IMG/VR virus record: IMGVR_UViG_3300011339_000773
Span: 1-32,241 of that record
Origin: a virus
Taxonomy: Duplodnaviria > Caudoviricetes
Length of the DNA stretch: 32,241 nt
Reading direction: 5' to 3' (one strand)
Position numbers and translations under genes: made by a program. How positions within the stretch are numbered: position 1 is the first letter of the stretch; each line of letters starts with the position of its first letter. Under the pieces are notes generated by a model. The model was given only the letters and a program-made list of their open reading frames with translations. It did no database searches and was not told the DNA's origin. This document shows positions 25,664 through 32,241 of this stretch, piece after piece.

Positions 25664-25899
25664 TGCTTGGCCCTCATGTGCTGCCAGTCTTCGACCGCGT
25701 CTTGAACCTCGGCATGGCTTAGGCTCTTAGCGTGACGGATGCAGAACCACAGCTCATCGCCAGCCTCGCGTAGCCCTTCGGCCCGGTGCTTGAGGCGCTG
25801 AACCTCGGCCTTCAGTGTGCTGATCTCCGCGTCGCAGGCCGCGACAGCCTGGTCGGCGATGTGCAGGGGTATCATCCTGCTACGGTTGATGTCGCTCAT
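25660..25899 (-). CDS. Diverged third paralog of the coiled-coil family
   Basis: 79 aa; LKAEVQRL...LREAGDEL...W...AKQ. Confidence 0.65.
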   Translation of the reverse strand: MSDINRSRMIPLHIADQAVAACDAEISTLKAEVQRLKHRAEGLREAGDELWFCIRHAKSLSHAEVQDAVEDWQHMRAKQ

Positions 25900-26102
25900 A
25901 GCACGTTGAACCAGGCGCGCCCGGCGTTGATACCGAACTTGATGGTACAGCCAACGCAGTGCTGGCTGGCGGCGTGGGCGGCTTCGGCCAGCATCAGCTT
26001 GGCCTTGGATACCGACAGGTCCTTGGTGTAGATCAGTCGGTTGATGTGCTCGACCTCAGTCGCCATGTGCCGCGTCGCTTGCTGGTGGTGGGTCAGGTTC
26101 AT
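25896..26102 (-). CDS. Hypothetical protein
   Basis: 68 aa, ATGA-coupled on both sides. Confidence 0.6.
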   Translation of the reverse strand: MNLTHHQQATRHMATEVEHINRLIYTKDLSVSKAKLMLAEAAHAASQHCVGCTIKFGINAGRAWFNVL

Positions 26103-26464
26103 TTGATTTCCCCGCTATTGAGGCGGTCGCAAAAGATGATGGCGTCCTCGGGGTCTTTCATAATTGTCCAAGAACTGCCGACGCAGTGCAGCAGGTCGCC
26201 GACATTCTTGCCTTTAGCGTCGTTGTCCTTAAACAGATACTTACGGTCAGGGCCGGGGAGTCCACTAATCCAGATGGACCAGCGTTGGCGGGTGCTGGCC
26301 TTGGACTTCAGCAGGTCGTCCTGACGGTCGCACAGCGCCTTTAGGGCGTTGGCGTTGCGGTACAACTGCCGGGCATATGACCAGGGGAAGAGCCACCAGA
26401 GGCGTGGCATCTTGTTGGGTCGGATGGTGATCATGTCGGGATGATGAGAGAGTGGGTCAGGCAT
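26099..26464 (-). CDS. Hypothetical protein
   Basis: 121 aa from ATG 26464, overlapping the upstream stop at 26457-26459. Confidence 0.55.
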   Translation of the reverse strand: MPDPLSHHPDMITIRPNKMPRLWWLFPWSYARQLYRNANALKALCDRQDDLLKSKASTRQRWSIWISGLPGPDRKYLFKDNDAKGKNVGDLLHCVGSSWTIMKDPEDAIIFCDRLNSGEIK

Positions 26465-26762
26465 TGTCTCCGGCCTCCCATGCGACGACCTTGGCCTCGG
26501 CCTCGGTCTTGGCCCATGCGCCTCGGAACTCAACGACCATGTCGTACGCCGTAAACAGCGAAGCAATGCGCTTCTTGCCAATCAGGGGAGCAAAGTCCCC
26601 CGAGGTGGGCGCGTGGTCAACGCGGTCTACCTCCATCTTACGGCCAAACAAAATGCCGTAAAGTTCGTAGGACGCCTTTGCCCCGGCTGTTGCCCGGTGC
26701 TTTAGGATGAGTTCTTTGCAGGCTTCCAGACGGCCTGAATCGTCGATGTTTTTGGGTTTCAT
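26457..26762 (-). CDS. Hypothetical protein
   Basis: 101 aa, ATG directly preceded by TCCCGCAC. Confidence 0.65.
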   Translation of the reverse strand: MKPKNIDDSGRLEACKELILKHRATAGAKASYELYGILFGRKMEVDRVDHAPTSGDFAPLIGKKRIASLFTAYDMVVEFRGAWAKTEAEAKVVAWEAGDNA

Positions 26763-26774
26763 GTGCGGGAGAAA

Positions 26775-26876
26775 TTAAAAGCGGTTGATGATGTCCAGCA
26801 GGCTAGGGCCATCGGACAGCAGCAGGATGTAGAGGGCCAGCGCAAGGCCAGCGAGGAGGGCGAGGATCAGTTTCAT
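26775..26876 (-). CDS. 33-aa single-TM peptide (not in the ORF track)
   Basis: MKLILALLAGLALALYILLLSDGPSLLDIINRF; ATG directly preceded by TCCCGCAC and a promoter-like sequence. Confidence 0.7.
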   Translation of the reverse strand: MKLILALLAGLALALYILLLSDGPSLLDIINRF

Positions 26877-26981
26877 GTGCGGGAGGCCATCAACCTAGCA
26901 CCCCCTCATCTGCCGTAAAGCACAAACCGTTATAAATATTGCCCCCCAGTTATAACGACCCTAACCTGCCCATTCCCGCAC
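26877..26981. promoter_or_regulatory. Divergent promoter/operator region
   Basis: Rightward TTGCCC(26939)-N17-TAACCT(26962); leftward TTTACG(26919)-N16-TAGGTT(26897) with extended TG; inverted repeat CGTTATAA(26928-26935)-N14-TTATAACG(26950-26957). Confidence 0.7.
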
Positions 26982-28355
26982 GTGTTCTCCTTACGTCCCT
27001 ACCAGCAAGCCGCCGTTGACGGTGTCCGAGACTCCTTCCGCTCAGGCCGTAGGCGTCCCCTGCTCGTCGCCCCTACAGGCTCCGGGAAGACCGTCATCTT
27101 CTCCTTCGTGACGGCCTCAGCTGCGGCCAAGGGCAACCGCACCCTTGTGCTCGTTCACCGCGCCGAACTCCTGGAGCAGTGCCACCGCTCGCTCTCTCAG
27201 ATGGACGTGCCTCATGGCCTCATCGCCTCTGGCCTGACGCCAGACCGCTCTCAGCTCACGCAGATCGCCAGCGTCCAGACTCTCGTCCGCAGGTTCGACC
27301 GCGTCCTGCCGCCCGACCTAATTGTTATCGACGAGGCACATCACGCCACTGCCGGTGCTTGGGCATCGGTGCTGTCTCAGTATCCTAACGCGCGCGTCCT
27401 CGGCGTGACCGCTACTCCGCAGCGCCTCGACGGCAAGGGACTCGGCCAAGTGTTCGACGACCTAATCCGTGGGCCAGAGGTTACAAAACTCATAGATGAG
27501 GGGTACTTATGTAAACCAGTCTATTACGCCCCAAAGACCGTGGACCTTACAGGGGTGCACATGGTGGCAGGGGATTACAACAGAGCCGAGGTAGCCGAGC
27601 GCATGGACCGTCCGACCATCACCGGCGACGCTGTCATTCATTACCGCAAGTATGCCGAAGGCCAGCCGTGCATAGTATTCTGTACAGGAATAAAACACGC
27701 CGAGCACGTTGCCCAGGCGTTCAACGCAGTAGGGTATCGGTTCAAGGTCATCGACGGTACGCTCGCCAAAGAGGAGCGCGCGCGCCGTGTCCTCGACCTG
27801 TCCTCTGGAGCACTGCAAGGGCTGGTCAGCGTGGACATCGTGTCAGAGGGCTTCGACCTGCCCTGCGTATCGACGGCCATCCTGCTCAGGCCGACGGCTT
27901 CACTGTCCCTGCACCTTCAGCAAATCGGCAGAGTCCTCCGTCCATCACCGGGCAAGCAGCGCGCGGTCATCCTCGACCACGTGGGCAACTGCCGACGCCA
28001 CGGCCTAGCCGAAGAGGTTCGCGACTGGTCGCTCGACGGCATCCGCAAGCGGGGTAAGCGTGGACCGCAGGACGATGTGGCCGACACCCGCCAATGCCCG
28101 GAGTGCTTCGCAGTCCATACCCCAAGCCCGCAGTGTCCGCAGTGCTTGCACGTCTACGAAATCAAAAACCGCATCCCCGACGTGGTAGATGGCGAGCTAG
28201 AGGAACTGCAGGCACGTGAGGCCATCCGAGGACGCAAGCGGGAGCAGGGCACGGCCCAGACCCTTGAGGACCTAATCCGCGTAGGCAAAGCCAGAGGGAT
28301 GAAGAACCCTTACGGCTGGGCGCACAACGTGTTCAAGGCACGGCAACGCAAATGA
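26982..28355 (+). CDS. SF2 DEAH helicase (YejH/RadD-like) with C-terminal Zn finger
   Basis: LRPYQ Q-motif, PTGSGKT, DEAHH, TATP, SEGFD, QQIGRVLR, CPEC/CPQC. Confidence 0.93.
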   Translation: MFSLRPYQQAAVDGVRDSFRSGRRRPLLVAPTGSGKTVIFSFVTASAAAKGNRTLVLVHRAELLEQCHRSLSQMDVPHGLIASGLTPDRSQLTQIASVQTLVRRFDRVLPPDLIVIDEAHHATAGAWASVLSQYPNARVLGVTATPQRLDGKGLGQVFDDLIRGPEVTKLIDEGYLCKPVYYAPKTVDLTGVHMVAGDYNRAEVAERMDRPTITGDAVIHYRKYAEGQPCIVFCTGIKHAEHVAQAFNAVGYRFKVIDGTLAKEERARRVLDLSSGALQGLVSVDIVSEGFDLPCVSTAILLRPTASLSLHLQQIGRVLRPSPGKQRAVILDHVGNCRRHGLAEEVRDWSLDGIRKRGKRGPQDDVADTRQCPECFAVHTPSPQCPQCLHVYEIKNRIPDVVDGELEELQAREAIRGRKREQGTAQTLEDLIRVGKARGMKNPYGWAHNVFKARQRK

Positions 28356-28696
28356 GCGAAGCCGCTATCCAGCAGGACATCCGACTGTCCCTGGGCAAGT
28401 GTCCCGCCGTGCGGATGTTCCGCAACAACTCCGGCGCTTACAAGGACCCCCGCTCAGGCCGCGTCATCCGCTACGGTTTGACCACCGGCTCGGCTGACCT
28501 GATCGGCTGGCAGTCCGTTGTGATCACCCCCGCCATGGTGGGCCTACAGTTCGCCCGGTTCCTATCCGTGGAGGTCAAAGCCCCTAAAGGCAGGCTGACC
28601 CCTGAGCAGGAGACATGGCGGGCGGCTGTCCTAAAGGCCGGGGGTATCGCCATCGTCGCGCGCTCGGTCGAGGACGTACAGTTTCTGGTTGCCTGA
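28352..28696 (+). CDS. VRR-NUC domain nuclease
   Basis: SEAAIQ, FRNNSG, GSADLIG, SVEVK, LTPEQ, GGIAIVARS. Confidence 0.88.
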   Translation: MSEAAIQQDIRLSLGKCPAVRMFRNNSGAYKDPRSGRVIRYGLTTGSADLIGWQSVVITPAMVGLQFARFLSVEVKAPKGRLTPEQETWRAAVLKAGGIAIVARSVEDVQFLVA

Positions 28697-28731
28697 CCGC
28701 AACCCTCCCGACACCTTGTGCCATCCCGCAC
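28689..28731 (+). promoter_or_regulatory. Sigma70-like promoter with TCCCGCAC leader
   Basis: TTGCCT(28689)-N17-CACCTT(28712)-N6-TCCCGCAC(28724); same geometry as the helicase promoter. Confidence 0.5.
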
Positions 28732-28736
28732 CCTAC

Positions 28737-31379
28737 ATGGCTCCTCGTCTCGACTTCGCTACCGTCAATGCCGCCGCGCTTGGCTCACTAGAATCCCTCT
28801 GCTGTGAATGGTTCCCCGCTGGCAAGAAAGACGGCCACGAGTTCAAGGTCGGCTCAGTCCGAGGAGAACCCGGCTCCAGCCTCTCCATCAATCTGACGAC
28901 TGGCAAGTGGTGCGACTTCGCCGGTGATGACAAAGGCTCCGACCCCATCTCCCTGCTCGCCGCCATCAAGGGTTGCAAGCAAGGCGAAGCCGCCCGCGAA
29001 CTGGCCGAGCGTCTGTCCCTAGGCGTTACCTCTGCCACCGCCCCTCGTGCCGAGTACGAGTCCAAGCCATCAGCTGCGTCCGAGTGGGAACCCCTGCCCC
29101 ACGCTCCAGACGGTTGCCATGAGCCTGACCTGAACCATTACAAGCACGGCCAGCCTGTAGCCACTTGGCCCTATCTTACCGCTGACGGAAACCGCGTCGG
29201 TCTGATCTGTCGGTTCGACCTAGCCGATGGCTCTAAGGAAGTCCTGCCTATCACTTGGTGCGAGCACGTGTCGGGCAAGCAGTCATGGCGCTGGAAGTCC
29301 TTTGCCAAGCCCCGCCCGCTGTTCAATCTGCCAAAGGTCGTCCACGCCGACGCTAACAAGTGGGTCCTTATCGTCGAGGGCGAGAAGACCGCAGAGGCCG
29401 CCAGCCGTCTGCTGCCTAACCTCACCGTCACAACCTGGTCAGGTGGCTCCAAGGCCGTGAGCCTAGCCGACTGGTCTAGCCTTGCAGGCCGTCGCGTCCT
29501 CTTCTGGCCTGATGCCGACGAGCCGGGCCGCAAGTGTATCGAGCTTATCCGCAAGCAACTGCCGGACGTTCGCATCGTCACCCCGCCCGCTAACGTGGCC
29601 GAGGGCTGGGACCTTGCCGACGCTGAGGCCGAGGGCTGGACGACCGACATGGTACGCGCTCACATCAGAGGCGAAGCCGTCGCCCAGCCATTGCCGGCCG
29701 ACTTACCCCCTCCCCCAGAAGTGCTTGAGGCTATCGACTACGCTAACCTCGACGCCCAGCCCCTACATGAGCCAGACCCTATCCAAGAGGAGCCTTGGCC
29801 GTTCCGCGTCCTCGGCCATGACGATGGCGTTTACTTCTACCTCCCCGATTCCAGCCAGCAGATCGTCAGCCTCACCGCCAACGACCACAAGCACCTGCCC
29901 TTCCTCAGACTCGCTGGTGCTAACTGGTGGGAGACTCACTTCCCCGGGCGTGAGGGAGCCGATTGGAAAGCCGCTGCTAACGCTCTCATCCAAGCCGGAC
30001 ACCGTGAAGGCATCTTCGCCCCGCGTAAAGTCCGAGGCCGTGGCTGTTGGGTAGACGAAGCCCAGGTCATCTTCCACGCGGGCGACCGTCTCCTCATCGG
30101 TAACGAGGAACGAACCATCCCATCCTTTAAGTCCAAGTGGATTTACACCCAAGGCCAGCGCCTTGAAGCCGACCAGGCTGAACCTATCTCCAACGCCGAG
30201 GCCGCCCGGCTCATGGCCCTGACCGATATGATGAACTGGAAGGAACCCATCTACTCCAAGTTCTTTGCGGGCTGGTGCGTCATCGCCCCGATCTGCGGCG
30301 TCCTCGGCTGGCGTCCGCATATTTGGGTCAACGGTCCCTCTGGCTCCGGTAAGACGTGGCTCCTGAATAACATCCTAGACCCGCTGGTGGGTCGCCTTGC
30401 CCTTTCGGTGCAGTCAGCCACCACTGAGGCTTACATCCGTCAACGCCTACGCTCAGACGCCCTCCCTGTCGTTTTCGATGAGGCCGAGTCCGAGGACAAG
30501 CGCGGACAAATGCGGATGCAGTCCATCCTTGAACTCGCCCGCGCCGCCTCAGCTGAGACTGGCGGTGGCATCGGTAAGGGTTCAGCGTCCGGCAAGGCCA
30601 TGGAGTATCAGATACGCAGTTGCTTCGCCTTTGCCTCCATCGGCGTGGCCGCTAACCAGCGAGCCGACACCAGCCGTATAACCTCCCTTGAACTGCGGAA
30701 GGACAACACCGACGGCGGTCAGGCTCGCTTCGAGCAGCTGAAAGCACTCTGGGCCGAAACCATCGCCCGCCCTGGCTATGCCGAGGGCATCCGCTCCCGC
30801 TCCCTTGCCTATGCCATGGCAATCACCGAGAACGCCCGCACCTTCGCCAAGGCCGTTGCCATCAAACTCGGCGACCAGCGTATCGGCGACCAGTTAGGCG
30901 CTCTCCTATCCGGGGCCTTCTCCCTTACCTCCACGCGAGTCCTGTCCCTTGAGGACGCCACCGCTTGGGTTGAGAAGCAGAACTGGACCGGCTTCCTCCC
31001 CGACGAGGCTGACCAGGACGAAGTCCGCGCGCTCGCTTGGATGCTCGATAAGTCCATCCGATTTGAACAGGACGACCGCACCTATACCCGCTCCATCGGT
31101 GAACTGGTGCAGGCTTACTACTCCCAAAACGTCACCGTGGACGATGCCGACAACATCCGAAACAACCTGATGCGATCGGGGCTGAAACTGGAAGACGATA
31201 CCGTGGCTATCTCGAACCATCACCCGGCGCTGCGTACCCTCTTCGAGAACACTTCATGGGCCGACAAGTGGAAGGATCAGTTTGCAAGAGTACCCGGTGC
31301 GGTCCACCTCGCTGGCCTACGTTTCGGCGCTTCAACCCATCGGGCGGTACGGATTCCTAAGACGGCTTTCCTAGGTTAA
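28737..31379 (+). CDS. Primase-helicase (Toprim plus P-loop ATPase)
   Basis: 880 aa from ATG 28737; TGKWCDFA N-terminal domain, Toprim IVEGEK...WPDAD...GWD, Walker A GPSGSGKT, Walker B VFDEAE. Confidence 0.88.
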   Translation: MAPRLDFATVNAAALGSLESLCCEWFPAGKKDGHEFKVGSVRGEPGSSLSINLTTGKWCDFAGDDKGSDPISLLAAIKGCKQGEAARELAERLSLGVTSATAPRAEYESKPSAASEWEPLPHAPDGCHEPDLNHYKHGQPVATWPYLTADGNRVGLICRFDLADGSKEVLPITWCEHVSGKQSWRWKSFAKPRPLFNLPKVVHADANKWVLIVEGEKTAEAASRLLPNLTVTTWSGGSKAVSLADWSSLAGRRVLFWPDADEPGRKCIELIRKQLPDVRIVTPPANVAEGWDLADAEAEGWTTDMVRAHIRGEAVAQPLPADLPPPPEVLEAIDYANLDAQPLHEPDPIQEEPWPFRVLGHDDGVYFYLPDSSQQIVSLTANDHKHLPFLRLAGANWWETHFPGREGADWKAAANALIQAGHREGIFAPRKVRGRGCWVDEAQVIFHAGDRLLIGNEERTIPSFKSKWIYTQGQRLEADQAEPISNAEAARLMALTDMMNWKEPIYSKFFAGWCVIAPICGVLGWRPHIWVNGPSGSGKTWLLNNILDPLVGRLALSVQSATTEAYIRQRLRSDALPVVFDEAESEDKRGQMRMQSILELARAASAETGGGIGKGSASGKAMEYQIRSCFAFASIGVAANQRADTSRITSLELRKDNTDGGQARFEQLKALWAETIARPGYAEGIRSRSLAYAMAITENARTFAKAVAIKLGDQRIGDQLGALLSGAFSLTSTRVLSLEDATAWVEKQNWTGFLPDEADQDEVRALAWMLDKSIRFEQDDRTYTRSIGELVQAYYSQNVTVDDADNIRNNLMRSGLKLEDDTVAISNHHPALRTLFENTSWADKWKDQFARVPGAVHLAGLRFGASTHRAVRIPKTAFLG

Positions 31380-31670
31380 GGTTTGTTTGCACACAGCCAA
31401 GGCGTAACTGCAAACACGTTAAGTGTCTGTAGCGTTAACGCTTTAGGTCAGCCGAGGACCGTTTGCAACTGTGGGGATATATAGCCCCCTTTATACTGGA
31501 GTCATCCCTACCCCCTCCTCTCCTCTCTCTCTCTATATCTATCTATCTAAAGTTATAGGTAAGTAGTAGGGGGCTTCTGTAACCTTGCTGGTAGCCAGTG
31601 TGTTAAGGTGTTTGCAAGTCCTGCAAACGTCTGCAAACAGCCGCAAACAACCCTGTTGGGTTATAGTTTC
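31380..31670. other. Putative replication origin
   Basis: Largest non-coding gap, directly after the primase; seven GCAAAC/GTTTGC hexamers, palindrome AGCGTTAACGCT, pyrimidine (CT)n and TATC tract. Confidence 0.6.
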
Positions 31671-31674
31671 ACTT

Positions 31675-31696
31675 AACCTTACCTTTCGACCCATAA
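31675..31696 (+). promoter_or_regulatory. Late-gene bipartite motif, copy 5 (variant)
   Basis: AACCTTAC ctttcgac CCATAA ctaggggcaa GTG(31707). Confidence 0.5.
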
Positions 31697-31706
31697 CTAG
31701 GGGCAA

Positions 31707-32213
31707 GTGGTCGAGACTCAGGACAACATCCCGCCAGAGCACCAACAAGCCGTTGATGCTCATTTCGACTCGTTATCGGCCAAGGCACAGGCCCGGGCCA
31801 GAGCCAAGGGCTTTAGGCCGTACCGCGAACTGCCCAGGTCAGGCGACACAGTCATGGAGCTAGACGAAGCGCGCGCCTGTTACCGCCTACGCCAAAGCGA
31901 AGGGGAGGACGCCACGATCCGCGCTCAGTCCTTCGACCGTGACCAGGTACTAGCCATCCTCTCGGTCGTGCTCGACTCCATCGGACGCAAGCGCTGTCCG
32001 GCGATGAGGGGGCAGGCCGAGGTCATACGCATCGGCCTAGGGATAGGCACTAAGCTCACGATGAAACAAGTCGGGAAGCTGCTCGGTTGTTCTCGCGTTG
32101 CTGCGATGGGGCAGGTGGCATCGTTCAAAGCACGTGTAGAAGCCGGTATCCGGGGGGTAAAATCCACACACGCGAAAACAGGGGTAAAGGGGCCTCAAAG
32201 GAATCTTTTATGA
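31707..32213 (+). CDS. Protein with sigma70 region-4-like HTH (putative late regulator)
   Basis: 168 aa; QAEVIRIGLGIGTKLTMKQVGKLLGCSR resembles the sigma4 pattern EVLRLRFGL..TLEEVG..LGVTR. Confidence 0.55.
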   Translation: MVETQDNIPPEHQQAVDAHFDSLSAKAQARARAKGFRPYRELPRSGDTVMELDEARACYRLRQSEGEDATIRAQSFDRDQVLAILSVVLDSIGRKRCPAMRGQAEVIRIGLGIGTKLTMKQVGKLLGCSRVAAMGQVASFKARVEAGIRGVKSTHAKTGVKGPQRNLL

Positions 32214-32230
32214 CCCCCCCAAGAGCCGCG

Positions 32231-32241
32231 TGGCTTGTCAC
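32231..32241. repeat. Terminal direct repeat (right copy); probable cohesive end
   Basis: Identical to 1-11; part of the imperfect dyad GTGGC-TT-GTCAC (32230-32241). Confidence 0.75.

Noticed and set aside
2349-28736. ORF-track starts at 2349, 13254, 16195, 17215, 17746, 19162, 19409, 23923, 24627, 26581 and 28689
   Set aside because: Downstream starts (2367, 13284, 16279, 17422, 17932, 19237, 19451, 23881, 24597, 26464, 28737) fit stop-start coupling or the conserved upstream motifs better.
31539-31863. Short ORFs across the putative origin (31539-31763 minus, 31585-31863 plus)
   Set aside because: Atypical composition, overlap with the iteron repeats and the 31707 gene; likely non-coding.
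1-32241. Prophage/integrative element or alternative genetic code
   Set aside because: No integrase, att-flanked host genes or repressor recognised; genes are intact and densely packed under the standard code using all three stop codons.

Overview
The window looks like one complete ~32.2 kb genome of a GC-rich tailed dsDNA phage with lambda-type packaging, linearised at or next to its cos site (the 11-mer TGGCTTGTCAC is at both ends). Gene order: terminase S/L (GpA type), gpW-like, lambda-family portal, S49 protease, scaffold, major capsid, head-tail and tail genes with a very short putative tape measure, a long mosaic tail fibre and a membrane/lysis cluster. Next come a recombination and nucleotide module (ATP-dependent ligase, RecE-like, RecT, dNMP kinase, metallophosphoesterase) and a leftward operon of small genes (tandem modular coiled-coil paralogs, HTH proteins, a signal-peptide lysozyme-like enzyme). 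The right arm holds a divergent control region, SF2 helicase, VRR-NUC, primase-helicase, an iteron-like putative origin and a sigma-region-4-like protein. I saw no integrase, DNA polymerase, reverse transcriptase, tRNA or CRISPR array. The most novel signals are regulatory: (i) a fixed-spacing AACCTTAC-N8-CAATAG element just before five late-gene starts, with a candidate cognate sigma4-like factor; (ii) a non-Shine-Dalgarno TCCCGCAC leader abutting six early/replication start codons; (iii) terminators with built-in competing antiterminator stems; (iv) a cassette-like gene family joined by DNA-identical microhomologies. All product calls come from motif recognition by eye and synteny; no database searches were run.
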